Positions 17,437 to 27,569 of a stretch of 35,276 nucleotides of DNA are shown here, one piece after another (position 1 is the stretch's first letter; each line of letters starts with the position of its first letter). This stretch comes from a virus (lineage: Duplodnaviria; Caudoviricetes), in the IMG/VR virus record IMGVR_UViG_3300010366_000030, positions 1-35,276 of that record; one strand, given 5' to 3'. Both the position numbers and the translations under genes were made by a program. Under the pieces are notes generated by a model. That model did not search any database and was not told the origin of the DNA. It saw nothing but the letters and a program-made list of their open reading frames with translations.

Positions 17437-18106
17437 AAAGAAGACCAAGCCACCTGCCCCTAATCCTAAGAGATTCTATCTCATTAGGTCTTCGGGTGGT
17501 GTAAACATCATGGTCAGACGTGGTGATGGTGCCCCAACGTTGGTTAGTGGTGGTGCCAAGTTCCAGTTGATTGATCGTCCACGCAGAAGATCATCGGTTC
17601 AGTGGACTGGTGATGATCCGTACAGAATGGATGTCCCGATCCTGTTCGATGGTTGGACGGATGATGCCAACATGGAACGGAACATCCAACGTCTCCAATT
17701 GATGAGACATTCGAGAGGAGAGCTATCCCCTCCTGTGCAGGTTTATGTCGATGGGGCGCTCCCTGTCAAAGGTGGGCTGTGGTACATCGAAGACATCACG
17801 TGGGGCACGCAAGTCATCTGGAATGTCAAGGGTAAGGGCATGAAGGGTGGATACAGGATGCGTCAAGATGCTGTACTTCATCTGTTGCAAGTCCAGCCTA
17901 TCTCGGTTCTCAAGCTTCTGCGTCCTCCCAGCGCAACCACCACGTACCGTGTGAAGGTGGGAGACACAGCAGCCACCATTGCTGCCAAGTTTGAGATAAC
18001 GGTTGACGCTCTAAAGAAAGCCAACAACATCCGTGATGCCAAGAAGGTGGCAGGCATGACACACAAGCCAATTCAGATTCCTCCGTCAACCGTCAAGCTA
18101 GGATAG
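17420..18106 (+). CDS. Tail tube initiator with C-terminal LysM
   Basis: YRVKVGDTAATIAAKF.....LKKANNIRD LysM motif; directly after the tape measure gene. Confidence 0.85.
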   Translation: MPAGAKKKTKPPAPNPKRFYLIRSSGGVNIMVRRGDGAPTLVSGGAKFQLIDRPRRRSSVQWTGDDPYRMDVPILFDGWTDDANMERNIQRLQLMRHSRGELSPPVQVYVDGALPVKGGLWYIEDITWGTQVIWNVKGKGMKGGYRMRQDAVLHLLQVQPISVLKLLRPPSATTTYRVKVGDTAATIAAKFEITVDALKKANNIRDAKKVAGMTHKPIQIPPSTVKLG

Positions 18107-18107
18107 T

Positions 18108-20762
18108 ATGTCTGCTATTTCTGATCCTTTTGGCACTCCTCACGTCGTTCCAATTACCAAGAAGAGTGCCGCACAGAAACTAGAATCGTCGCAGCTCTCG
18201 CCAACAGCGTTGCAGCGCGCAATTCTAGGCCAAGACCTGGATGTCAAGAAGTTCACGCTGTATCTAGCTAGCCAGGTCAAGGTACAAGACCTTGATGAGA
18301 GGATCAAAGACATCACTCTGTCCCTGTCAATGGAAGGCGCATCCAATCTTAGTGTGGTCGTGAATGACCAAGATCGGGCTTTGTTAGGTTCAGGGTTGCT
18401 TACCAACAGACTCGATGTCCAGCTTGATGGTCTGTGGTTCTCCCTGACAGGATGTGATAAGTCGGGTGATGAGGTGACTCTCACGTTTGAGGATCGTGAG
18501 ATTGCCATCCTTCGTAAGTACACGAAGTGGAAGATCGCCAGTCGCCAGAATATGACTCGCGCAGAGTTCGTGTATTCGATGATCCGTGAAGTGAAGGAAA
18601 TGAGCATCCCTGTGATGATTCCCGAACTTCACACAGTCCAGCCAATACAGGTGAACGATTACGACACGGTTGGTAGCGATCCCATCTTCAAAAAGAGCAA
18701 AGGTGTGCCCAAGAGTTCAAGCGGTGGAACGGTGGTCAGCATCGGTAAGGGGGATGAGAAGAAAGCCGTCACCATCACTGTTCACGGTGCTCCCATTGAT
18801 GATAACCAGATCACTGTGGGCAATGCCATCATTGCAACGATCAACTCCATGCACGTCACCACTCCGCGCAAGTTCAAGGTTACAGCCATCATGGCCGCTA
18901 TCGAGGATTCCCAGCTTTCAACTCAAGGTGCGGCTATGACTGTCACGAAGTGGAATCCGTTTTGGAGGGCGTTGCTCGCAAAGTTTGATATCACACCAAA
19001 CACGGAACTCATCAACTGGTTCAACTCATGGGCACATCTGGAAGGTACCGCGGCTGAGTGGAATCCGTTGGCTACCACGTACCAGTTTCCTGGTATTAGC
19101 TGGGACTTGGTTGGTAACAGTGCTCATGTTCAGCAGTATCCGAGCCAGGAGTTTGGTGTCGATGCTACGTGGAAGACTCTCACGAATGGTTACTACACCC
19201 ACATCGTAGCTGCCATCAAGACCGGCTCTCCTTACACGTATCAGAAGCAGAATCTAGCCGGTATTAACTCAGACCTGAATACGTGGTCTGGTAACGGCTA
19301 TAGCGGAATTCCTCAGCCGACTAAGGAATCGCCATCTCATCTTGATGCGGACAGTCGTCTTGGTCCGTATGCCATGAAGAAGGGCTGGGGATCTGTGGAA
19401 GATCGTATTGATCCTGAGGCTGCTACCAGGATGTTCATGAATGGTGTGCCTGAGCACGGCATTACTGGTGCAATCGCGCGCATGAAGGAACTCTCAACCA
19501 TCACGTACAACAACCTAGCGCAAGGTACGTTGAACACGGATCATCCGTATGCCAGATGGCGCACGGAAGCTGAGAACTTCGTGGATTCCTATGGTGACAT
19601 TACCGGGTCTGCTGCCGGTAATAACAGTTCCGTCAGTAGTTTGAATGCTGGTGGGAACTACTGGTTCTGGCGTGGTAAGGTTGGCAACAAGCATAACAAG
19701 AAGGTCAGATTCCCAGAGAGCACATGGTCGTGTGTGCAGAGGCTTGCTGACGAGGTTGACTGGCGCGCGTTCTTCATGTCTGGCGTGTTCTTCTTCGTGA
19801 GCGAAGATACTCTGCTGCGCGCAGAACCCATGCTAGTCCTAGATGAGTTCGCCAACGGCATTCATTCGGTCGATGGTTCCTACTACTCGCACAGGCAGTC
19901 GGCTACGATGTCGATCACGTGTGATGTGGGTAGATGGTCATTCCCACCAAGCTCTGTCGTACTCGTCAAGGATTTGGGGCCATTCAACGGGAGATGGCTG
20001 GTGAGCCAGTATGACCGCAGTTTGTTCAGTCCGACAGCGACCGTCACACTCGCACGTGAACGTCCTCAACTACCTGAGCCTAAGCAAGGTAACAAGAGCG
20101 ATCTACAGAACACGTGGATTCCTGGTTACAAAGGTCCAGGCACAGGTGGTGGAGTTGATGGTGGTTCCAGTACACCCGGCAATGCTGGTGTTAATACCGG
20201 AGAAGGCGTGGATGCTGACCTCAATACTGACGCCATCCGTCAGGAACTTGCACGTCAGTTGCGTAACAGTAAGGGCTGGAAGGACTACAGTGGTGGACAG
20301 ACAGAGGGTAGCCAGCTTCTCAGAACTCAGATGGGCCAGAAGCTAAACGGCCCTGGTGTTGGTCCTGTATATCTGGATGTCCGTGTGTTGCAGTTCCTTT
20401 TGTGGCTCATCAACGATCAGGGATTCACCATCGGTACTACAGCTCTATGTGAGGATCACTCAGCGAAGGTTGCTCGTAGCAACAGAACCAGTGCTCACTG
20501 TCTAGGACGGGCTGTGGACATCGGGGTCATCAATGGCATCTCCATCGGTAGTGGTAATTACAGTGAAAAGGGTGTAGCCATAACTACTGCCCTGGACAAG
20601 GTAATCGTCAACATGACAGGGAGTCTCAAGCCAGCCCAGCTAATCAGTTATGGTGTGGGAGGCCAAGCAGTCTTCGGACTAGCAGCTTTGTCTTACGGTG
20701 GCCCCTATGATCTGGCTACCCAACAGGATCACTACAACCATGTTCACGTGGGGTTCTCATGA
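18108..20762 (+). CDS. Baseplate hub fused to cell-wall hydrolase domains
   Basis: Hub N- and C-parts (LTFEDRE; [19 protein letters not shown]; GRWLVS), inserted lysozyme-like regions, and a C-terminal SAH..GRAVD...HVH M15-type peptidase motif. Confidence 0.8.
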   Translation: MSAISDPFGTPHVVPITKKSAAQKLESSQLSPTALQRAILGQDLDVKKFTLYLASQVKVQDLDERIKDITLSLSMEGASNLSVVVNDQDRALLGSGLLTNRLDVQLDGLWFSLTGCDKSGDEVTLTFEDREIAILRKYTKWKIASRQNMTRAEFVYSMIREVKEMSIPVMIPELHTVQPIQVNDYDTVGSDPIFKKSKGVPKSSSGGTVVSIGKGDEKKAVTITVHGAPIDDNQITVGNAIIATINSMHVTTPRKFKVTAIMAAIEDSQLSTQGAAMTVTKWNPFWRALLAKFDITPNTELINWFNSWAHLEGTAAEWNPLATTYQFPGISWDLVGNSAHVQQYPSQEFGVDATWKTLTNGYYTHIVAAIKTGSPYTYQKQNLAGINSDLNTWSGNGYSGIPQPTKESPSHLDADSRLGPYAMKKGWGSVEDRIDPEAATRMFMNGVPEHGITGAIARMKELSTITYNNLAQGTLNTDHPYARWRTEAENFVDSYGDITGSAAGNNSSVSSLNAGGNYWFWRGKVGNKHNKKVRFPESTWSCVQRLADEVDWRAFFMSGVFFFVSEDTLLRAEPMLVLDEFANGIHSVDGSYYSHRQSATMSITCDVGRWSFPPSSVVLVKDLGPFNGRWLVSQYDRSLFSPTATVTLARERPQLPEPKQGNKSDLQNTWIPGYKGPGTGGGVDGGSSTPGNAGVNTGEGVDADLNTDAIRQELARQLRNSKGWKDYSGGQTEGSQLLRTQMGQKLNGPGVGPVYLDVRVLQFLLWLINDQGFTIGTTALCEDHSAKVARSNRTSAHCLGRAVDIGVINGISIGSGNYSEKGVAITTALDKVIVNMTGSLKPAQLISYGVGGQAVFGLAALSYGGPYDLATQQDHYNHVHVGFS

Positions 20763-23700
20763 CTTATTTACGTGATGAGGTTGATCGTCCGAATTACCTG
20801 GACTTCCGCGAAGATCCACAGCGTGTGTGGGCTGGCGTCATTACCCAAGATGCCGTAGACTACGCAGATCGTGTCTCGGTAATTCTTCCCGGCCTCAACG
20901 ATACGCTCAGGTGGAATGACGTGCGTTGGTCTGCTGCGCCTGGACAACAGTTGCCTAGACGTGGCATGGAATGTGTTGTTGTCATGGACGACAACAACGA
21001 GTTGTGGATCACAGCTTGGTGGACTAACGTCTCCAATCCGAACTTTGGTGGTAGTGGTGGCGGTATGATTGCCACTGGTCACTGGCGCTGGACTAACAGC
21101 ACGACAACTGCTGCCAGTCGAGAGGTAGGCGTCAATAGCTCAACAGGATGGGCTAACGTCACCTCAATCAACATCTCTGACACAACCGATCCTGGTTCTG
21201 ATGTCACCAATTACCTGGAAACCGTGCAGCCTGGAGATGAGTTCTACCTACAGGACTCGAACGACTCGTCTATGTGGGGACGGTACACAGTCACTCAGGC
21301 TGGCACAGATCATGGAGGTTGGTTCAGCTTCCCTGTTACACCAGTAGATCACGGCCCAAGTGGATTCCCAAGTAATAACGCTCAAACGCTTGTTACCATG
21401 AGCGTGCCTCAGGAACCTGGGCCAGCAGGGCCAGCAGGGCCACCAGGCCCAACCGGGCCACAGGGAGCAGCAGGCCCAACAGGGCCACAAGGCCCACAAG
21501 GGCCAATTGGCAACACAGGAAATACAGGCCCACAAGGCCCAAAGGGTGATACAGGAAACACAGGTGCTCAAGGCCCGCAAGGCCCGATCGGTAATACTGG
21601 CCCGCAAGGCCCAACTGGTGCAACGGGCGCGCAAGGCCCACAGGGGCCAATTGGTAACACCGGGCCTCAAGGTCCACAAGGTACACCAGGTGGCCCCGTC
21701 CCCACAGGCGGTACTATCGGCCAGATCATCATCAAGAACAGTGCCACTAACTTTGACACTGTGTGGTCAACACGTGTCAACTTTCCACCAACAGGCACAG
21801 GTGGCGACATCATCTTCGGTGGCGACACGAACCTCTACCGCTCGGCTGCTGCGACTTTGAAAACGGATGGGCAATTTATTGCTCAAGGTGCTTCCGGTAC
21901 TCCTGCATTGTCTACTATGATTACAGGTGAGGCTTATAATCGCTTCTCTGTTTTCACAGGTGGAACAGCTTGGTGGAGTTCGGGAACCGCAGCAGCCGAT
22001 GTAAGTCTCGTTCGTTACGGCCCTGCCCAGCTTGGTACGAATAGCGATGTTGTCACCACAGGCCCACGTGGAGTTTTCTACGCGAACTATGGAGCGGCGG
22101 CTGCGACACAAGTTTGGGTTGGTCAATACAGTGGTAATGTGCCTTACGCAGGAATCACATTCGGTCAGGACACGTACCTATATCGCAACGCTGCTAAACA
22201 GCTTCGCACAGATGGGTCATTCATCGCTGGTAATGTGGGCGATCCCGTGACGCAACTTGTTTTCAGGGCATACATCGGTGGTGCTCAAGATAGATGGGCT
22301 TTGCTCGGTGATGGGAAAATGCAGTGGAGCGATGGTACGAACGCCGCCGACACGAACCTCTATCGCGCGGCAGCGAACATCATCCAGACGGACGATCAGC
22401 TAGGCGTTGTGAACATGACCTCTACTGACATCACCCTTTTCACAATGGCCTCTGGAGATACCAACTGGCGCTGGTACATCCGCCGTGACGGCTATATGCA
22501 GTGGGGGCCAGGAAATGCCGGGAGCGATTGCTCTCTGTGGCGTGGGGGAGCGAAGACGCTGAACACCGACTCGATGATTTCAAGTTCTATGGCGCCCAGT
22601 TTTCTTTCTCAGGTGGCCGACATTGGCAACTGGTCAATCGGTGTTCTGGCTGGTGGCTTGTGGAAATTCATGATTACAGGCGACGGCCGCCACTACTGGT
22701 CAGCCGATGGTGCAACCGCCTGGGATTGTTCTCTGTGGCGTACAAATGCTCGTGCGCTCATGACCGACAGTTGGCTCTATCTGCAAAGCAACACCGCTTT
22801 GATTGTAAACAACAACACCGCGAATCAGGTGACAATCGGATACGACAACGTGCTGAGCTATTACGCGACAATCGCCCTCGGCAGCGCTATGGACGTAAGG
22901 ATGTACCGTGGCGGCGCAGGGCAGATGATTTTCAGTGGTACGGCACCTGCGAACGTGCGCGTCCAGTCTGGCGGCGGTGGAGGCCCACGGTTTTCATGGT
23001 ACAACACGAGTGGCACAGCCGATCAGCGCAAGTGGCAGATTTACACGGAAGACGGCACGGGCAATCTGAACATCATGAGATTAAACGATGCCGAAAACAG
23101 CAACCTTGGCATGTGGACATTCCGACAGTCCGACAACGGCTTCATAACTCAGGCCCGGATTTTCAGTGGTGGCCCTGGTACAGGCGGCATGTGGGTAGAT
23201 GGCGTAACCAGTTCGCAGTTCATAGGGTCGTACGACGCCAACAACATCGGCTTCGTCGTTGGTGGGGCATGGAAGTGGATCATCGACAATCAGGGCATCT
23301 TGTCCAGCTTCGGAACAAATTGGCCCGGTGGAATCAGGATGGGCGGTGACACCTACCTCTATCGCAACGGTGTGGCGGGTGAGTGGTACATGCAGGATCA
23401 TGTGAAAGTCCATACGTATCTGCAAGTTGGCTTGTCTGGCAGTCGGCCTGAAATCTGGTTCGGCACCGGCAATGGAGACACGAATCTCTACCGCAACGCG
23501 GCTGGGTCGTTGAAAACGGACGGTACTTTCAATGTCGGAGGAAGTGCCTTCATCACGGGTTCTCTCACCGCCAACGGTGGGATTGCAGACAGCACGCTCC
23601 CGTCTCGGCTCAGGCAAGTCGGTGAAGGCTCGTACGGCACCGATGCAAATAATTACTACTACAACGGGACGTTCTGCACGACGCCAAGCTGGACAAATCT

Positions 23701-24133
23701 GCCGGTTGCCGACTACGGCATGATGGTCGTCGGTAACATCACTTACACAGGAGCTTGTCGTCAAATTTGGTACCAACACGCGACTCACAATACCTATCAT
23801 CGCTACGAGAACGGTGCCGGTTCATGGTCAGGATGGAGGCTTCTGACTCGCAACGGTGAAATCACGATCGGCGGCGTTGCAACGGGCACGCTCAACTCAG
23901 GTGGATACGGAAACATCCCGTTGGGCAAGGTATGGAACTCCATCGTCACGTTTACAATAATGAATGCCGACCCCGCCCGATTCAACACTCTCTACTCAAG
24001 TAACGGCTCGACGCTGAACGGCGGCAGTGGTCAGAGCGAGATTTTCATGGCGGGCTGGCTCGTCGGCGGCACAGACAACGCGCCCGCTGTAAACCAGTCG
24101 TACACGCTCAACTGGATAGCGATTGTCACCTAG
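20759..24133 (+). CDS. Central spike (gpV-like N-terminus) fused to collagen and fibre repeats
   Basis: N-terminal VSVILP...[15 protein letters not shown]-fold-like segment, 30 Gly-X-Y triplets, about 9 DTNLYR-type repeats. Confidence 0.8.
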   Translation: MTYLRDEVDRPNYLDFREDPQRVWAGVITQDAVDYADRVSVILPGLNDTLRWNDVRWSAAPGQQLPRRGMECVVVMDDNNELWITAWWTNVSNPNFGGSGGGMIATGHWRWTNSTTTAASREVGVNSSTGWANVTSINISDTTDPGSDVTNYLETVQPGDEFYLQDSNDSSMWGRYTVTQAGTDHGGWFSFPVTPVDHGPSGFPSNNAQTLVTMSVPQEPGPAGPAGPPGPTGPQGAAGPTGPQGPQGPIGNTGNTGPQGPKGDTGNTGAQGPQGPIGNTGPQGPTGATGAQGPQGPIGNTGPQGPQGTPGGPVPTGGTIGQIIIKNSATNFDTVWSTRVNFPPTGTGGDIIFGGDTNLYRSAAATLKTDGQFIAQGASGTPALSTMITGEAYNRFSVFTGGTAWWSSGTAAADVSLVRYGPAQLGTNSDVVTTGPRGVFYANYGAAAATQVWVGQYSGNVPYAGITFGQDTYLYRNAAKQLRTDGSFIAGNVGDPVTQLVFRAYIGGAQDRWALLGDGKMQWSDGTNAADTNLYRAAANIIQTDDQLGVVNMTSTDITLFTMASGDTNWRWYIRRDGYMQWGPGNAGSDCSLWRGGAKTLNTDSMISSSMAPSFLSQVADIGNWSIGVLAGGLWKFMITGDGRHYWSADGATAWDCSLWRTNARALMTDSWLYLQSNTALIVNNNTANQVTIGYDNVLSYYATIALGSAMDVRMYRGGAGQMIFSGTAPANVRVQSGGGGGPRFSWYNTSGTADQRKWQIYTEDGTGNLNIMRLNDAENSNLGMWTFRQSDNGFITQARIFSGGPGTGGMWVDGVTSSQFIGSYDANNIGFVVGGAWKWIIDNQGILSSFGTNWPGGIRMGGDTYLYRNGVAGEWYMQDHVKVHTYLQVGLSGSRPEIWFGTGNGDTNLYRNAAGSLKTDGTFNVGGSAFITGSLTANGGIADSTLPSRLRQVGEGSYGTDANNYYYNGTFCTTPSWTNLPVADYGMMVVGNITYTGACRQIWYQHATHNTYHRYENGAGSWSGWRLLTRNGEITIGGVATGTLNSGGYGNIPLGKVWNSIVTFTIMNADPARFNTLYSSNGSTLNGGSGQSEIFMAGWLVGGTDNAPAVNQSYTLNWIAIVT
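21419..21691 (+). repeat. Collagen-like Gly-X-Y coding repeat
   Basis: [15 protein letters not shown]... about 30 triplets. Confidence 0.95.
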
Positions 24134-24149
24134 AAGGGAGGTGTAAAAG

Positions 24150-24428
24150 ATGAGCTACTTGACGCAGGCGGCAATGGCGCAGAACGCGACGCTGACACAG
24201 CGGGTCGCACAGTGTGCCGCACAACAGGGCATCGCCAACCCAGATAGTTGGACGCAAGAGAACCGTCGTGAGTGGGCAGCAGCACCAGGATGGGACGCGG
24301 CGTGGGAGTCAGGACTAGAAACAAATAAGAAACAAACGGGATACGATCCAGGTGCAGATGAAGCGTGCATCACCGATCAGATGATCTTGTCATGGGTACA
24401 GGCAAACAAGCCGCCTGTTACTCCATGA
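24150..24428 (+). CDS. Small fibre-associated protein
   Basis: Strong RBS. The MSYLTQA..RVAQCAAQ..WAAAPGW..ITDQMILSWVQ pattern is typical of small genes next to actinophage fibres (from recall). Confidence 0.75.
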   Translation: MSYLTQAAMAQNATLTQRVAQCAAQQGIANPDSWTQENRREWAAAPGWDAAWESGLETNKKQTGYDPGADEACITDQMILSWVQANKPPVTP

Positions 24429-24443
24429 CCTGAAAGGAGGAAA

Positions 24444-24722
24444 ATGCCACTCGAACCCTTCAAGTACATTGTCCAGTGCGTTGCCATCGAACGTGATGAG
24501 CAAGGTAATGTTGTACGTGAGGTACCTGCGGAAGCACAGAATGCATATCAGACAGAACACATCAACGAAATCATCAGGAAGTTTCAGGAAGAAATCGCAA
24601 GACTAAATCGACAATCACCACAATCATCAGAGGGGAGTGAAAATGGGAGTAGAGACAGTGACGGTCATCAAGATTACGTGCGACAATCCGAAGTGTCCGG
24701 GCCACCCGGACTTGGACGATAA
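24444..24722 (+). CDS. Hypothetical protein
   Basis: RBS AAAGGAGG. Confidence 0.7.
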   Translation: MPLEPFKYIVQCVAIERDEQGNVVREVPAEAQNAYQTEHINEIIRKFQEEIARLNRQSPQSSEGSENGSRDSDGHQDYVRQSEVSGPPGLGR

Positions 24723-24963
24723 AGACCGCACAGGTTGGATCTTCATGAACTTCGAGGTTTATGGAGAACCAACACAGCAAGGTGTATTTGGCTCAGCTGA
24801 TTGTGTGAGTCAAGCTGCGGCAGATGCACCAGCACCCGAACCTAAGCCAGAAGGAGTAGGTATCTCTGCTCCTGTGCGGGTCTTTGCTGGCGTGGAACCC
24901 GCACAGGGTGTGGGTATGCCTGGTCCGCCTCCTGTGGAACCTACGACAGATGCCACCGCCTAA
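24643..24963 (+). CDS. Hypothetical protein with Cys motif and Pro-rich tail
   Basis: RBS GGGGAG before ATG 24643; ITCDNPKC...FGSADC. Confidence 0.65.
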   Translation: MGVETVTVIKITCDNPKCPGHPDLDDKDRTGWIFMNFEVYGEPTQQGVFGSADCVSQAAADAPAPEPKPEGVGISAPVRVFAGVEPAQGVGMPGPPPVEPTTDATA

Positions 24964-25276
24964 CAACCCACACTTCGATCTGCCTTTCAGATTCGGCGCA
25001 GAAGGCTGTGTTGTTATGGTGGAGCAGGACACCTACGAAGACGTGTCTAACTGCGTCGAAGCTATCGTCAGGACTCCGATTGGTTACAGGTCTGAGGTAC
25101 CTGAGTTCGGTTTCCCAAATGCCGAGTTTGAGCTACAGCCGATCCTCAGCGATGATGTTGTAGAACTGGTCACATCACAGGAACCACGTGCTGTAGTGAT
25201 AATGGAAGAGAGTCCTGATTTGCTTGACGAACTGATCGACCACATCACCATCAGCATAGAGGGGGTGAATCCATGA
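24950..25276 (+). CDS. Baseplate wedge gp25/gpW-like protein
   Basis: PHFDLPFRF...IVRTPIGYR..PEFG...EPRA motif. Confidence 0.85.
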   Translation: MPPPNNPHFDLPFRFGAEGCVVMVEQDTYEDVSNCVEAIVRTPIGYRSEVPEFGFPNAEFELQPILSDDVVELVTSQEPRAVVIMEESPDLLDELIDHITISIEGVNP

Positions 25277-26448
25277 CGTACATCCGCTCTCCAATCGAGA
25301 CAAGCCAAGCTGTGTTAGCAGATCAGGCTTACACATACATCATGGGCCGTGCGCCCAATTGGGTACCCAACGATGGAAACCTGGATGTGTGGATCATCCA
25401 AGCCATGACACAGCTTGCGGCAGAGAATAGAAGCATCGCGAGTGATGTGCAAGACGACATCTTCCGGTGGTTCGGTGCGACGCTCATGGGCATCCAGCCT
25501 GGTGATGCTGTCGAGGCCACAGGCTTCACAACGTGGACAATGATCGACTCCCTGGGACACACGATTCCTGAGGGAACTGCTGTGTCAATCAAGAACTCCT
25601 TTGGAGACTCAATAGCGTTCGTAACCACTGCTGAGATTACAGTCCCAGCAGGTAACGCTGCTACAGCTTCCGGTGAGGTACCCATCAGCGCACTCATCGC
25701 AGGTGCTGTGGGTAACGGTCTTGGGTCAGCAGGTGAACAGATCACTCTGATCGACGTGCTCGATTGGGTACAGACCGTGACCATTACAGGAACCACATCA
25801 GGTGGAGCAGACGCAGAGGACGATCCCACATATCTATCTCGGCTTGTGTTGCAGATCAAGAAGCTGAGCTATCGTCCCATCCTACCAGCGGACTTCTCTT
25901 CGCTGGCACAGGACGTTGATCCGACAATCGACAGGGTTGTCACCATCGACGGATACAACTCAGCTAACTCCACTTACAACAACGAGCGCATGGTAGCCGT
26001 CGCTGCAATCCAGTCCGATGGTCAGCCTGTATCTGCTGCGGTGAAGTCAGCAATCGACGCTTACCTACAGTCCAACCGCGAAATCAACTTCGTGGTGAAT
26101 CTCATCAACCCCAGCTACACAACCATCAATGTGGTCACGACTGTGTTGATGACGCCGGGATTCGATTCCACTTCCGTGCATGACGCTATCGTGTCAGCAC
26201 TCCAGAACTACTTCAGTCCATCTGTCTGGGGCGCACCGCAACAGGAGCAATCATCTATCCCTGGTATCTTGGGTGACTGGACTGAGACACCAACCGTGTA
26301 CTACAACGAAGTGGTAGGTGTGATTTCCGGTGTGACTGGTGTAAGGAACGTGACCTCTCTCACCATCAACGGTGGGACTGCGAACATCAATCTCACTACT
26401 CCTGCCGCTTTGACTCAACCCGGCACGATGGCTGTCACGGTAACGTAA
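25273..26448 (+). CDS. Baseplate J-like protein
   Basis: TIPEGT, AGAVGNG, GGADAEDD..YLSRL, VTGVRNV. Confidence 0.92.
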   Translation: MTYIRSPIETSQAVLADQAYTYIMGRAPNWVPNDGNLDVWIIQAMTQLAAENRSIASDVQDDIFRWFGATLMGIQPGDAVEATGFTTWTMIDSLGHTIPEGTAVSIKNSFGDSIAFVTTAEITVPAGNAATASGEVPISALIAGAVGNGLGSAGEQITLIDVLDWVQTVTITGTTSGGADAEDDPTYLSRLVLQIKKLSYRPILPADFSSLAQDVDPTIDRVVTIDGYNSANSTYNNERMVAVAAIQSDGQPVSAAVKSAIDAYLQSNREINFVVNLINPSYTTINVVTTVLMTPGFDSTSVHDAIVSALQNYFSPSVWGAPQQEQSSIPGILGDWTETPTVYYNEVVGVISGVTGVRNVTSLTINGGTANINLTTPAALTQPGTMAVTVT

Positions 26449-26449
26449 C

Positions 26450-27535
26450 ATGGAAACTGTAGCTGACGCACTCAAGAGACTACTAGATCCGATGTTCTAC
26501 GACGGTGGCGTAGACTTGGGCGTCTATCTTGAGGCGATAGGCAATCCGTTCCAGATCGTAGATGACTACGCCAGTGATACGGACAACGATGAACCAGGAT
26601 ATTCTCTGTGGCTCGATATCAATCGTGTGCCGTACGAGATCATTCCGTGGCTCGGTCAGTTCGTGGGCGTGGATGTCATCACATCATTGTCCACGCCAGA
26701 TCAGAAGCAGCAAGTTCTCACACAAGGTAACTGGCAACGTGGTACCGTGGCGTCGGTGAAAGCTGCGGCTCAGCTATTCCTCACAGGTGGTAAGTCTGTA
26801 ACAATCAAGGAGAGAGACACATCACCCTATCACTTCCAGTTGATGGTGAACAGGTCTGAGCTTCCACCTGAGGACTGGCCCACCACGAACATCGTACCCA
26901 ATGGTGGATTCGAGACAAACACCACTGGTTGGGGCGGCGGTAGTGGAGCCATGATAGCCAGAGATACAACAGTCTCGCGCTTCGGAGCAGCGTCACTGTT
27001 GTGTACCGCTGGTGGTACTGGTCTGACATACGTGCAGAGTCCGTTGATTCCTACCACCGTTGGTCTGCCATATTCCGCGTCTTGGTATGGTAGAACCAAG
27101 ACAGGCCAACGTGGAGTCAACCTTCAGATCGTATTCTGGACATCAGGAGGGGCAGTTGTTAGCCAATTCAACTCGCCTACTGTCCTGCTTCCTCAGAATG
27201 ACTGGCAACGTGTGGTCATCGAGAATGTCAAGGCTCCTGCAACATCCACGCAAGCGTCTGTGTATCTGATCTTTACGGCTGGTGGGGCTGCGACGGATCA
27301 GATAAACATCGACGGTGTGCAACTTGAGCAACAGATCGCTTGTACACCGTATGTGGAAACCAACGGCGCGGCAGCAAGTACGAATGGTCAAGGCTTGGTG
27401 CTGAATGCTGCGAAGAATGCTAAGCCTGCTGGTCTTGTAATGAACTTCGTTGTGTGGCAGGGACAGAAACCGTTTACCATGCGTGGCTCAGGTTTGCGCG
27501 GTTCGCCTGCCGACGTGGTAAGAGGCTACATCTAA
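26450..27535 (+). CDS. Baseplate wedge protein (P2 gpI-like) with inserted carbohydrate-binding-like domain
   Basis: IPWLGQFVGV, RGTVASVKAA, KPAGL; insert NIVPNGGFETNTTGW...IDGVQLE. Confidence 0.8.
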   Translation: METVADALKRLLDPMFYDGGVDLGVYLEAIGNPFQIVDDYASDTDNDEPGYSLWLDINRVPYEIIPWLGQFVGVDVITSLSTPDQKQQVLTQGNWQRGTVASVKAAAQLFLTGGKSVTIKERDTSPYHFQLMVNRSELPPEDWPTTNIVPNGGFETNTTGWGGGSGAMIARDTTVSRFGAASLLCTAGGTGLTYVQSPLIPTTVGLPYSASWYGRTKTGQRGVNLQIVFWTSGGAVVSQFNSPTVLLPQNDWQRVVIENVKAPATSTQASVYLIFTAGGAATDQINIDGVQLEQQIACTPYVETNGAAASTNGQGLVLNAAKNAKPAGLVMNFVVWQGQKPFTMRGSGLRGSPADVVRGYI

Positions 27536-27569
27536 ATCTAACAACTAAGAGGAGAGAAGGAGGGAGAGG

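Noticed and set aside
22501-23349. 282-aa overlapping ORF within the spike/fibre gene
   Set aside because: Arg/Trp/Gln-rich frameshift shadow with no RBS.
12239-27535. Tailocin or extracellular contractile injection system
   Set aside because: Terminase, portal and capsid genes lie in the same operon, so this is a phage.
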